From: Seison nebaliae
Lineage: Eukaryota
Assembly (NCBI GenBank): GCA_023231475.1
Contig: JALJEE010002868.1
Span: forward strand, 1 to 64,000
DNA: 64,000 nucleotides
Reading direction: 5' to 3'
Part shown: piece by piece, positions 27,968-41,992 of the stretch
Layout: the number at the start of each line of letters is the position of its first letter
How positions within the stretch are numbered: the first letter of the stretch is position 1
The notes under the pieces: generated by a model
What the model saw: only the letters and a program-made list of their open reading frames with translations
What the model was told of the DNA's origin: nothing
Databases searched by the model: none
Position numbers and translations under genes: made by a program

Positions 27968-27992
27968 CTTACTTACTTACTTACTTACTTAC
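27968..27992 (-). repeat. (GTAA)6 tandem repeat, (CTTA)6 on the + strand
   Basis: Directly visible. Confidence 0.9.
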
Positions 27993-30423
27993 TTCAATCG
28001 GTTACAGTTACTAAGATATCAAGGACATTTTGACACCAAATCACCTAAAAACTAAAATACGAACGTTCCTTCTCCTACTAAATGTTCATTCTCTCAGGCA
28101 AATGTTCTGAGAGTCGTCTCCCATAACCTCTCCAAGCACACCGTATTTCCTTCCTCACCGCAACTTCTTTCCATGTTCTCCTTTTCTGATTCCAACAATC
28201 TATTTGACATTGGCTAAGTAATAGTTGTAAGTCGTCGATATCCACATCAACACATTGACAAATAGACTTACTTCTACTTACTACTACACGTTATGTCAAT
28301 TTACTATGATGCATATTATAGTAAATTATTCCGTACAAATTCATTTTGCACTTTTTCCCCTTTCTCCCCCGCCGCCACCACCACTCTCACTACTATCACT
28401 CTTGCCACTAATGAATGGAGATTATACAAATAATGGGAAGGCCATCAAGGTTGTGCGCGAACTATATATTACATCGTCCAATTTTCCTATTAATAAATAA
28501 CTACACCACTTAATGGAACAGTCTTTTATCTCAAAAGAATTAAATGAAAAATGTTTAAATGAAAATTTTATCTTTCCTATTCTCAAATTCCACTCCAATA
28601 TTCCACATGCATACGGCTGCGACATTGGAAACAGAGACCATTACCTCTCAATTCTTATGCTTTATATCACAATAATTCCTTCATGACTTATCATTTATTT
28701 AATAAGATTCTTTCATAACAAATTGAGCAACGGTAAATTCGATTCTTTTTCTTCTTCTTCTTCTTCCCTATTCTAGTGGCGATATGGCACACAAACTGAT
28801 TTTCTCTAAAACTTTCCACTACTCTATATAATTCAATTGTCTTTACGTTTACGCATTCTTTCTATACTTCGTCATCTATCTGCACGATTCCATCGTCCCA
28901 CAACAACAACAACGACCATATAATGAAAGTGTCCATAGTGGAGATATTTCTAGTTGTAAATATTATTGATGGTTACTATGTGCATTCTCTCACCATTTTT
29001 CTCTCCCTTTCATCCAGTTCTAATTTCGATCTAATGTATAATTTTTCGATAATTATTCATATTCCTTTCTTGACAGCACGACATCGCTGACGATTTTTTG
29101 TAAGGGATAATTGTACGGTCAATGCCGAAAGATATTCAATATCGATGTAGAAAGACACATCGTATTTTTTTCTTTTTTCATGTACAAATATGTGGTTTTC
29201 TCTTTCGTCACATATACACATAATATTGTGAGAACGTCATTCCCTGAATCTCTACCAAAAACACTAAATTTACAGACATCTAGATACAATAGAACTATGA
29301 TCGGTGTAAACCTGCCTTAAAATTGATAAAAAAAAAGAATTGTTGAGAAGAAAAAATGAAAAATATTTTAAAAAACTTTAGTATGAAATTTAGTGAAAAT
29401 TTTAAGAGCATGAAAAATTTATCATTTCTGAAAATTCCATTGAAATTATAAATGTTCCAATAGTTTTTTATTCCCCTTAAACGAATTTTGCTTAATTCTC
29501 AATAAATTTAAAGACGATGAACTGGGCAAGACATAATTCGTCTTCTGGCACTCTTCTTAATTAGTTTAATGGCTGATTAATAATGGAAAAGAATTCATGC
29601 TAATAAACTTCTGGATGGAATGATGGTAAAGAAAAAAAAAGTGATAATTCAATTGGGATGACTTAGAAATAGGATTGGTAATGATCTATCTGTACATTGG
29701 GAGAATAGACGGAATGGAGACAGTTGTAAAGAGAAGAAGAATCATGTGAATACATATAAGGGAGTTGTGCAATGGTTTGTGAGCATTTGTTTCACGAAAC
29801 TTTTCCATACAAATTAGATACGGAGGTTTAGTGTTTCTCGTCGATTAGTTGAGTAAAAGACACAGAATAATTGAAGGAATGTAGACGATGACTTGGCTAA
29901 GATTTGTACGAATGTGCGGAGTTGTAAAAATGATGGTGGAAGGAGAAAATAGGAATAAATATATAACGAAAGAAGAAAAATGAAATGAAGAAATGACCGA
30001 ATGAATTTTCGAGAAATACATCAGTTTTTTGTCAGTTGTATGTATGGAGAACATCGATTTTACAAGGTTACACAATCAATTCACATAATAAATAGAAGAA
30101 AAGAAAATTATTATTTCAAAAGAAAACCGAAGAAAGAGAAGAACGATAATTCCAAAGAAACTGACATCATGTAAAAAGTATAGGAACATAAAATGCATCT
30201 CCCATGGACAGAAGCAGAGCATATACTACTTCTTCCTCTAACTTTCTTTTATAACTTATTTATCAAAATAACTCCGACGTAACATAAATATCCAATTACG
30301 GGGAACTATGTTAATAAAATTTCATTTGCCGCATCACCATTTTCTTCCAAATTCATTCAACTCTCACAGGAGTGACTTTAAAAACGTCTGAAAACAATTG
30401 TTAGTCGACTATTCCGTCATAGC

Positions 30424-30452
<29 letters not shown>
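30424..30452. repeat. (CA)n microsatellite
   Basis: Directly visible. Confidence 0.9.
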
Positions 30453-30454
<2 letters not shown>

Positions 30455-31084
30455 CCCAACTCGAGAACCTTCACCGTTACAATATTTGAACATGAATCAA
30501 TTTCATTAGAAATAAATAAACAAAATTGAAAGTGATCATTCAAAGAATGGAAAGAAATTATGAAAACGTTTCCTCACTAGTTATTTGACAAATTTTTTTG
30601 AACAAATTCTTCATTTGAAAACGATAGTCAGAGACAACTCGAATTGTCTCTTTTATTTCACTTCCATTTAAATTCCGTCAGAGTCAGATGAGTTTCATTT
30701 AATTATTCCAATTTTCACTAAATTCGAAAACATTCAGAATAATTAATTCAATATTTTAATTTTTGCATGATGGGAATTTATCAATGAATTTAATGAGCAA
30801 TTCAAAAGAATTGTTAAGAATTTTTTTTCATCTAAAACACTTAATTTCACAATTTCTTACACATTTTCTCCACACTTTCACTTAACTGAAAGAATAAAAG
30901 TTAAGCCAACATTTGAGAGTGCGGGAAATGAGAAAGAGCGTGACAATTCAAAAGTGGGAAAAGAGGTTAAACCGGACAAAATTTCGGTGACGAATTGTCA
31001 TAAACGAGAAATGTGAGGTCGTTCAGCTTATTATCATAAAGGAAAATTTGGTGAAATTGGTTAGTATTTTTGTTTTGAAGAAAG

Positions 31085-34000
31085 TTGAGATGGAGTGTGA
31101 GAAGAGAAAAAATTAAAAGGATAAGCCGCAGACAAAACAATTTTCGCGTACCTCACAATTTGAGAAAAATGCACGAAGATTCCGAACTGATTCTTCCCGA
31201 TTTGCCTCCAACCAACTCCGATTTCCAATTCGACGATGATGACAAGACGATAACGACGACGACGACGACGCGGAAATCGAATAATGGAATTCGTGCCATC
31301 CGTCAAGCTGATAAGGAGACGAAGGATAAACAGCGAGCAGAGCGTGAGCGTATCCGTCGTCTGGAACGTGAACCTGATTTAATGATGGAAACGGTTGACG
31401 GAGCGATTATGTTAGAGAAGGATATTTCTATTTCGAAATTGATTTCTGACAAATTGAAAAAACATCAAGTTGAAGGAGTGAAATTTATGTGGGAGAATTG
31501 TTTCGAATCAATCGACGGATTGAATAAGACGAGTGGAACAGGTTGTATTCTCGCTCATTGTATGGGAATGGGAAAGACTTTGCAAGTCATTTCATTAATT
31601 CACACTCTCGTCAAATATCAGGATCTTACTCACATTCATCATATTATTATTGCGGCACCATTGAACACATTATTGAATTGGAAAAAAGAAATCGAATATT
31701 GGACGAGAGATTGTTCACCTAAATTACTCGTTCATCATATGGTGGAAGCGAAGACGATGACTAAACGTAGTTCAATTCTCAATTATTTTTATGATGTTGG
31801 TGGAATTCTATTAATGGGTTATGAATTGATGAGGACGCTCATTGGTCATGTGGAAGATATTCAAGTGAGAAAGAAACCAGATCAATTATTAAAGAAACAA
31901 AAACGACCTCGAAAGAAAATCACAAATGCACAACGAGATCTCATTAAGAAGACACTATTAGATCCGGGAGCAGATCTCGTTATTTGTGACGAGGGTCACA
32001 TTCTCAAAAATGTCAATACATCCATTTCGAAAGCGATGAGTCTTATTAAAACTCTGAGACGGATCGTATTGACAGGAACGCCACTTCAGAATAATTTAGT
32101 GGAATATTATTGTATGGTCAATTTTATCAAGCCGAATATTTTAGGAAGTGTTGGATTATTTCGTAATCAATTTGTTAATCCGATTAGAAATGGAGAATTG
32201 AAAGATTCGTCAATTCAAGAAGTGAATTTGATGAAACGTCGAAGTTTCGTTCTTCATCAATTATTGGAAGGATTCGTTCAACGGAAAGATTATCGTGAAC
32301 TTGCTAAAATGTTACCGAGTAAACATGAATATGTAATTCTTTGTCGATTAACACGACGCCAATATGATTTGTATAGTCGATATTTGCGTATTGTGAAAGG
32401 AGTATCCAAATCGAAAGAAGTTCTCATTACTCGATTATTTAGTGATTATCAACAATTACTTCGTGTTTGGAGTCATCCATGGGCATTACCACTTCATCAA
32501 ATTCGAATATTTATTAATCAAAATGTCCCAAAGAAACAACAACGATTAGAGGAAGAATTTCGTGATTTCATCGATGACGATGATGTTGAAAATGATTTTA
32601 CTTCATCTAGCGAATCTGAAATTGATGGAAGTCGTCGAACCAAATACAGACGAATAAATTCCACATCATCTTCCGTTTCATCGACAATGTCATCATCGAA
32701 GAGAAATGTGAAAAAAGCGAAACAAAGAATCAGTTCAGATGATAGCGATATCAGAGAATTATCAGGTGAACCAGATAATGGAAATGATTCAGATTATATT
32801 GTCGATTCAGAAGACGAAATGGAATTCGATACGACTCATCTCTCTCTCATTATCAAACGAATGTTGAATGGACAATCGAATTTCACCGAACGCGAATTGG
32901 AGAAATTGAGAAAAACGGGCAAATTGAATTGGTATGCGGATTTATGTCCCACTTCTATCCAATATGATGAGACACAAGCTGGAAAGATTATGATGTTAAA
33001 ATCGATTTTATTCAAATGTGAAGAAAGAAATGAGAAAATTCTTATTTTCTCTCAATTTCTCACATCACTCGAAATGATTACTAATTTCCTCAAACATTGG
33101 GAAGAAGAAGATCGTTATCGTCCTGATGGTTCCAAATTTCTTTATCGTTATGAAAAAGATTACTTACGAATTGATGGTAGTACTACTGCACATGTTCGAC
33201 AGGAATATATTAGTGATTTCAATGATGATACAAATCGTCGTTTACGCATCTTTCTCTTATCGACGAGAGCGGGCGGTATCGGTGTCAATATGGTTGGTGC
33301 AAATCGTGTGATACTTTTCGATGCATCCTGGAATCCCTCACATGACGTTCAATCTATTTTTAGAACTTATCGATTCGGTCAAAAGAAATCCGTTTACATC
33401 TATCGATTAATTGCTGAAGGAACGATGGAAGAGAAGATTTATAATAAACAAATTACAAAAATTTCATTGGCTGATCGAGTAGTGGATGAGAAACAAGTCG
33501 AACGAAATTTCAGTCAAACTGAAATTACGAAATTATATGAATTCACTTCGAAAATCGTCGAAACGGAAAAAGAAGATGACATCGATGAATCATTAATGTT
33601 AGATGAAACATTGAAAGAGAAGAAACGATTAATAAGTTCATCGTCAGAATCTGATTCTTCAATCATTAATTTGGAAGATGATTATCCTCAAAAGAAAGTT
33701 GAGACAAAGGAGAAAGATATCGAAGATATCGATTATAATAATTTGATGAATGTGATTCGTTTGACGGATAAAGTTCCCAAATTGGCTCCAGCTAAAGAAG
33801 ATGAATTATTATCCGAAATTCTCGCTAATCCAATTCTCACTCGATATATTAAGAAATATTTCGAACATGATTCTCTTTTAGTTCATAATGCTCATGAGGA
33901 ATTAACGGAAGCAGAACGAGTACAAGCATGGGCAGATTATCGATCGAATAAGAATGATGCAACTGTAAAGACGACAATTCCTTCTACTACCGGATCAGTT

Positions 34001-34901
34001 CCCATTGCCCCCAAACCAAATCAACCGACAACATCTTATTTGGGAATGTCGAACAATTTAAATAATCTTTTCTCCGGTACAATTAATAAGTTGGTCACAA
34101 TAACATATTCCTTTTAGTCGATTTTCTTCTTTTAGTAATTATCTTCCAATTCCTGAAATCGATAGTAGGAATTTATTAGAAGCACTGAAAATGAGCGATA
34201 TAAAAATCCATGGTGTTGGCCCGAACAACGGTTAGTTCAACTCTTTAATTTTTTTTTCAATTTTTTTTTAAAATTTCTTTATTTCAATTTTATTTTCAAT
34301 TTTTTTATTTCAATTTTTTTTCAATTTTTTTATTTCAATTTTTTTTTTTAAATTTATTTTTTCAATTTTAGATGCTAAAATAATCGAACGAGCCAAATAC
34401 CTCAAGGATTATTATGTCAAATTATGTACAGATTATCCTGTGGTACGAACGCTCAATCAAAAAAGTATTTTCATGACAATTGTCGAGGTTTTCACATTTT
34501 TTTTCTCTCCATCTCTCATTTCCTTTTAGAACATCCGTTTATCATTGACTGATATCGCTAATATTATTTTGAGTCGACATATCGTGTCATCGTTGGCACC
34601 CGCTCTCAATCCATCATCAGATCGCACAAAAAATTTAATAGCGTCAACATTAAATTTGATGGAGGGAAAATCATCTCAATCATCTCAAAACACCACTACC
34701 ATAAACAATAACAACAACAACAACAATCATATGAACAAGAAGAATGATGAGGTGATCGTGTTATCAGATGATGACGATGAGGATGATATTTCGAAAATTA
34801 ATCCGAATAGAACTTTCAATTTTATAGCGAACGTCGACGATGATGACGATGATGTTCTTCCAATCACCAATTATAATGATGAGGAAATCATTTTGGATTA
34901 A
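31085..34901 (+). CDS. ATRX: ATRX/XNP SNF2-family chromatin remodeller; first in-frame ATG at 31169, 5' end uncertain
   Basis: Motifs: 'LKKHQVEGVKFMWENCFES..GTGCILAHCMGMGKTLQV', 'DPGADLVICDEGHILKN', 'LTGTPLQNNL', 'FDASWNPSHDVQSIFR', 'HDSLL..EELTEAERVQAW'. 3' introns: 34090-34135, 34231-34371, 34488-34529. Confidence 0.93.
34245..34370. repeat. Degenerate tandem repeat (TTCAATTTTTT..) inside an ATRX intron
   Basis: About 7 units of TCAAT followed by T-runs. They expand the intron to 141 nt. Confidence 0.8.
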
Positions 34902-35155
34902 TTTTCTTCTTTAGAATCTATTTCATCTTCTTCTTCTTTTTATGATTTCCATTTCTTTGTAATAAATTTTTTTTATGAATAAATTTAAAATTGTTGAATC
35001 ATTACAAATATTTCATTTCTTTGATATTCTGTTGAAGGTTTCTTTCTGTTTCCCAAATCAATCATCTCCATCAACACTGAGGTGAGATGAGAAATGGTCA
35101 TTTAAATTGTGGAAATATTTCTCAAAATTACTATCGTTTTATTATTTGGAGAAGA

Positions 35156-38100
35156 ATGTATCGGATCTTTTATCTTCAATTCCTCATCTATTTCTTCACT
35201 TGTTATTTCTTCATTCGATTATTTTAAATAAATCCTTTAAAATCTTCTCTTCTTCCTTATGAAAAGATATCGATACATTTAATCACAATTCAAAATGTTT
35301 TCATTTAAATTCCATCATCTTCATCTTATCTCTTAATTCCAAAAAGACATTAAAGGATTCCAACGAGGTACTTCCTCATTCTTTCGTCAACGATATGGTC
35401 GACCGGATATCGTTTTCCGAAATAGTTCAATTTCATTACTCTCCTTCAATCTCTTCTTTCATTATTCATAAATTCAGTTTTTGGCAATCGTCAACCATAC
35501 AAGAAAATCATTCCAAGTATCATCTTCTTTCTTTTCCGCATTTTTATTTGAATTTAGAAGAAATGAAATTCATTGCTCGTCCTAAATCTAACGCCGATTT
35601 TGATGAGGAGAAAATTGGTGTCCGATTACAAGAGCAATTGGAGAAGAGGAAATTGTTATTTCAGAAGAAATTGAATGAATTAAATCGATTGAAGAAGCAA
35701 TTGCAAAAACGAGAACTTCGTTCAAACATTTCATTTCTCTTTTAATTTTCTATCGTTTCAGAAACCGGTTACAATGATCAGATCGAACGATATCGACGAG
35801 AATTCAAAACTAAATCTGATGGTTTCCTCTCACATTCCATTCTCTATTTCAATTCTCATCAGAATTAACACAACTCAAACATTTCTCCAATATGAAACGT
35901 GACGCAATGAAGAAATTAAGTTAATATCTTTCCAGAAAAACTTCATTTAATTTCTATTTTCTCAAAGAACAATCGATTAATAAAGAGAAAGAAACGGGAA
36001 AGAATTTAGGTGATAAATATACTTAAAACGAAATTTAACATTCTCTCTTCAACAGATAATCAGATTGTGACGCTGCAGAAAGATCTTGAAACGAAAAAAA
36101 AGAATTTGGATAAAGTCGATTATAGTTCGTCTATTTTTATTCAGTCTACTCTTCCATAGAGAATCCCATTATAGAATTCTACAACAAAAGTCGATTGATT
36201 TGTAATTTGAGTGATACGAGAACCAACTTAAGTTTTCCTTCAAATTTATCTCGAGAATGAAATTCGAAAAAATAACATTCAGTTAACGAAGTGGAGAATT
36301 TGAAGAAGAAGATGGAGTACGCACAGAACCAGTTGGCGGATCTCCACATCGAATTAATAAAGAAAACGAACGAAACAGGAAATCTGACAAAAATTCAAAA
36401 AGTTTTAGTAGAGAATCGTTTGGCAACTGACTACAAATATATAACAACACAAATTTTGTTGTTCGATCAAACTTTGCAATCATTGGAATTGAATTCGCCA
36501 AAAAGTTCATTTTCCTTAAAGTTCCAAGTCAATTCAACTCGTTATTTTCTCTAGAGATGATTGTTAATCCACTATTTCGAGAGTTTCTCGAAAATCTCTC
36601 ATTGTTGAAAGAAAGTAATTTTACGAAACAATTGAAACGAAAACGAGCCACCAATTCTCCTTTCGGCTTAGCCATTCCAAATAGTCCTGTGGTGAAATTC
36701 GAGACAGGTCTCTCGTCCGTTCAACGTTGTTTAACGAGTAAACGTATCCAAATGAATTCATTGAGATACGACATGATTAATCTGATAAATCGTTCTTCAA
36801 ACTCATCAATTCTTTTTGACTGAATAAAATTAATTTGTAGAAATTCAAGAAGAGAAATCAGTCACAGAGAAACGTGTCATCGATTGTAACGAGGCTCGTT
36901 AGAGATTTTTATTATAAACTGTCCAACCATTTTCTCCCAAATAGATAAAGAGTTGAATGTAACGAAGAATTTTATTCAAACTAAATCGAATTATCTTTCA
37001 AAATTGACAACGGGTTGAAAAATAATTTTTGCACAATTTCTTTTCACATTATTTTCACATTATTTTCACAATCCGCCCACAATACTTTTAGAAGTGAACT
37101 CATTGTTAGTACGGAAGACGAGTGTACAGAATGAGACAGATGTTTGCAGTTCGTCTTTTTTTATTGGCAAATCGAAAATTCTCTTATCCTTAGCACAAAA
37201 ATATCAAACTTTAATAAAGATGGTGAAAGATTCGTATAAGGATTTAAGTAAGAAGAAAGGTCAGTTGGAAATGTGGAAATGGAAACTGGCAGGAATCACA
37301 ACCAATTATGTCAATTTAAGTTGGGTAATTGAAGGAATACTTTTCTTGTGAATATTTGAGATAGATGCGGCCGATTTGAATAATAAGAGAATGATCGAAT
37401 TGAAGAAATCGGAATACGATTCAACTTTAGCAAGTTAGATAAGAAGAGAAGAAGAAAAAATGAATTTGGCTTGAATAGAATTAAAGGAAGCATTGGAATT
37501 TGTGAACGAGACATTCAATGACGGTTTCTCCAATGGAGAGAAGCAAATATTAACTCTTCAAAATAAAATAAAAAAATTGACGACGAGTTCGGAAATTTGA
37601 TATGTTTTAACAATTTTAATTTTCTCCATTTCCAAATGAAAGAAGTGGCAAGTGTGACGGATCCGGAATTGAATAAAATAAGTTTTGAATTTTTGTTACA
37701 TTGTCGAAAGTGAAACTGATTTGAACGAATAGTCGACGAATTCGAGAGTAGCAATGTCGATTATTTTTACCATCCTTCCGATATCAACCTATTGGATGGT
37801 TTCTCTCAATATTTTCTCTTTAATTCTCATCTCTTCTCTCTATCTCTATCTCTGTAGACACTACGTACAGTTTCTTCAACGATAAAAAGTCGGCAATCGA
37901 TACGGAAATTGTTGCCATGGCAACTACAATAGGAACTCTATCATCGCCTAAAGTACGGGAGGATTTCGAAAATCCCAAACCCACTGCTACTGATGAGATC
38001 GAACTCGTCAAATGTGGTTACCAAACTAAAACTACTTTGATCGGAACGGCAAGTAAGTTTGAATTAGGCTGGTTGGATACCACCTGTCCACTATCCGGTA

Positions 38101-38394
38101 AATTTTCGAGAGTTACTCGATCATTTATCGTCGATCCGGATGCGGATCCGCCTGTTACTCCACCAGTCATCACAGTGTTAATATTGAACTCTCTAATATT
38201 GAAGATTTGCTTTTGATTCTCTCATAGTCGCGACAATAACAAATGGGAATTAACTGTAGAGGAATTGACACTTTTAAGTTCGAACGAAGTTGAGACGATG
38301 GCAGATATCTTCACTTATAAATGTTAATTTTTTCTCGATTTCTGGACAAATATTTCCTCAATTTTTTTCAGGTGATTATGGGACATGTTCATAA
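35156..38394 (+). CDS. Orphan secreted coiled-coil protein (708 aa), 23 exons
   Basis: Manual splicing of 22 introns gives one open 2127 nt CDS. Introns: 35202-35266, 35297-35346, 35425-35477, 35517-35557, 35720-35761, 35822-35862, 35920-35967, 36010-36055, 36125-36174, 36232-36282, 36505-36554, 36792-36840, 36898-36944, 37014-37091, 37149-37193, 37320-37364, 37434-37478, 37587-37642, 37682-37732, 37799-37857, 38177-38227, 38323-38371. It starts 'MYRIFYLQFLIYFFTYIDT' and ends 'YKCDYGTCS*'. Confidence 0.7.
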
Positions 38395-38762
38395 GAAGAA
38401 AAAAAACTGTTGGAGGAGAATGGAATTAAATTGATAATTTGAAAAATAAATGATAATTTCATGATAATTCTCTCACCATCTTCATTTCCATCATTCACAC
38501 ATTAATTGGTCGAACTTATTTTTTGATGAATAAATATGTTTGATGACTTGCCACTCATTCACATTCGAATAAATTAATAATTATTTATTATTGTTTGGAG
38601 GTAATTCAATATGTTCCCAGTGATTGGGGACGACCTTGTCGAGTGAGAAGAACTCACCAATCGATCGTCAACAGATGTCACAATAAGTGGAGATGTGATA
38701 AATTCTTCTTCTACATTGCCTTCCTTCCTTCTTTCATTTCATTCGTTTACTTCATACAATTG

Positions 38763-39960
38763 ATGAGAAGAAATATGTCTGAGAAAGAGAATTTCTTGCG
38801 CAAATTCAAGAGTGTGAGTGGCGACGGTCTACGACAATTGACAGCCACTGAATTCTTAGAAGTTTGGGAGCATTTCGACAAAGACAGTTCATGCTTATTC
38901 ATACATTCTTCCCTCCACCCTATCCCTCGCATTCTCCATCACTTCCACAGATAACGGTTATATTGAGAATGATGAACTCGATGAATTCTTGATACAATTA
39001 GCAACATCGAAACAATCATCTTTCAATCCGAATGTTTCCTCATCGTTTTTTCATGAAAAAGAAAAAATAAATAATTTTATTTCTTCTCAGGCAATTCCCC
39101 GAGTAGCCATGGAAGACATGAAAGAATGTTTCCTTGCCGCTTATGATGAGAATGATGACGGAAAAATTGAGATTAGTGAAGTTGATCATGATTCTCTTTT
39201 TTCTCTTTCTCTTTTAACTTTTTCTCTCATCGAGGACAGTTGGCCGAATTACTACCAACTGAAGAGAATTTTCTACTTTTATTCCGTAAATCGAATCCTC
39301 TCGAATCGAGCGGTGAATTCATGAAGGTTATCCCAAATTTCTTTGAATGTTTTGAGGCAATTTAAAAGGAAAATAAAGATTTGGCGAATGTTCGACGACG
39401 ACTGCAGCGGAAGTATTGACAAATCGGAATTGAACGGATTCATACGTTCGCTCATCAGTCAGACGAAGAAGAAAAGTTCGACGATAAAGAAAACCACTTC
39501 TTTAGATATCGACGAAGAGAAGATCGAAGAATATGCTGTCAGTATTCTCCGAATATTCGATACGAACAATGACGGTAAATTGGAATTATGTGAAATGACG
39601 AAGTTACTCCCTGTCAAAAACAACTTCCTCCACAACATAGACGACATCGGCTATTCAGGTTTGATCGACGATGACGATATCGATGAAATCTTCGACAAAT
39701 ACGACGATGACCGTAATGGATTCATTGAGGAGTATGAGTTAGATGGTTTCGTACGCGACATGTTCCATTATACACGATCCAAATCGAACGAAGAGAATGG
39801 AGATGTGAACGAGGACGAATGTCAAGAACAGTTAGAAGAATTCAAACATTGTTTGCTTACAGGTAGTGATGTGGATAATGATGGAAAGTTGAGTAAAGCG
39901 GAAATTAAGATGATATTACATGCAATGCAACAATCATTAAATTCGAGAAACGAGAGTTAG
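38763..39960 (+). CDS. Calbindin-32/Cbp53E-like hexa-EF-hand calcium-binding protein
   Basis: Motifs: 'NFLRKF..LRQLTATEFLEVWEHFDKD|NNGYIENDELDEFL', 'ECFLAAYDENDDGKIEISE|LAELLPTEENFLLLFRKSNPLESSGEFMK|IWRMFD'. Introns: 38887-38950, 39034-39090, 39181-39239, 39327-39378. Confidence 0.92.
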
Positions 39961-41992
39961 AAGAAGAACATTCTTCCACAACACGAAAAGAATTAGTCGA
40001 ATTAAAGTGTCAATTAATGAATAATGATTCATAACAAGGACTTTCTTCTACTCGAATTCTACATTTTAATTGAATAATCGATATGTTTTATAATTGTATT
40101 CCTATTGTACCAATTCTTAACATTTGCCTTCTTCTTCTTTTTTTCATATATTTCCCCTTCCATTGTTAGTGGGAATTGTTCGTAATTGAATTAAATTGAA
40201 ACGAAACTATGAATTCATCTGACTACACACCATATCTCATTCGACGACGAGGAGGAGAAATAATTCAAATATATTCGGATTAATTTATCATCATCATCAC
40301 CATCATAACCACCACTCATAGTGGAAGTGGTATCTTATCATTATGATCATTCATTATCATTTGTCTTCAATTCTCCCAATACTCTTTTTGACAACAAATT
40401 AAAATTCATTTCAATATTTTCTTTTATAAGATTTCAGTCAATTCCAGACTTTAATTCTTATTCTTCTCCATGATGATGATGTTGATGATGAGGAATTCAC
40501 ATAGATGTTAACAATTCGACAATGTTAGAAGATAAGAAGAGGAATGTACAATTATATTCGTTCGAACCCATTTCAACAAGATTGTGTGATAAGAAGAAGA
40601 GATGTTCGAAGAGATGTTCGTTCAATAACAATCTCCTAAAGGAACTGCTCGAGTCATATGATTACGATATGGAGGAGGAACGTGGAACTACTAAATTGAC
40701 ATTCGAAGTTCATTCTTATTCATTTTTCACTTTTATTTTCATTTGTTTTTCGTGAGTTTTGTGCTTATGATTATTGTTCGTTTGGTGACTAATCGGAGTT
40801 TAATTGAAAAATTCAATATCTTTAGGCTATAAAATATTTTTTTTCGGATTCCTCCTTCCAAACTCTCACTTCCTTACGAATAGTACATCCTCGTACGTGT
40901 TATCGACGCACACACAATAATTCTAGTTACATTACAACATAACATATTTCATATATGAAGTTAAAACCGAAAATTCTTAATAGAAAACTTTTGATAAAGG
41001 AAATTGTTTCGTTATTTCACATAATTCAAATCTGAATCGTATAGTTGCTACATCTCTCACTCGTTCTCTAATTATTTGCCTCGCTCCCAGAACAAAGACC
41101 ATCTCGTCGATAATGGAACGAGAGCGTTCATAGATCATGAGAATTACCATTTCCGACCATTCACCGTCGATAGAAAACATAAATCTCCCATACCACTATG
41201 GAACGAACGACGAACTTGTACGGCAGAAGAAAAGGAAATTCACAATAAACACACGAACAACAACAGCAAGAGCGGAAATAAAGATCTATCGGATTTGATT
41301 CTGTACTCGAAAAAAATTCAAGTTCTCCTTTTGTTCTCCTTCCTGTCAGTGACATTGATTCAGATTCATGAAATCCTCACTCCCCACAAAATGAACAAAG
41401 GAAATACGAGACATGTGGAAATAATTCGACCATCATCGAAGAACAGTCCGATTCGAACGACGTTCATTCTAACCCCATCGACGACATCTTCAAAAAGTAA
41501 TGGTAGAATGAAGTGAGTAGAATTGTTCTTCTTATTATTTGAAGATTTGTCGAATTTGTTCAATGTCGAAGTAAGTTTTTCTTCTAGAAGAGAAATTCTC
41601 TTTCGATTGAATTCTTATGTTTAAATTCCTCAACTTTACCTCCTTTCTACCAAGTGCTACTTGATGATGTTGATGATGAAATATACACGAATTTCTATAA
41701 TTAGAACAAACAGGAAGGAAACATTTGCTAAACGAAAACTTTCCTCTTCGCCTCTCCATTTGAAGGGAAGTCTCCTACTACGTCTAATTCTTCTTTTATT
41801 TTCTTTAAACATCGAAGGTCTCAACGAAACAAAAATGACTGCACATCTTCCTCCTACCAACTACGCCAACAACCTACCAATTGCGCAATCTCAATAGGAT
41901 CCAATGATAATCACTTCTATTCGGCGAAGAAATTATGGCGTCCATCCTCTTCTCAATATCAAATCGATTTAACAGGCAATCTAATCAAAACG

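Noticed and set aside
26000..30800. Short ORFs in the long intergenic region
   Set aside because: Low-complexity or microsatellite-derived, with no coherent exon chain. Likely UTR, intron or regulatory sequence.
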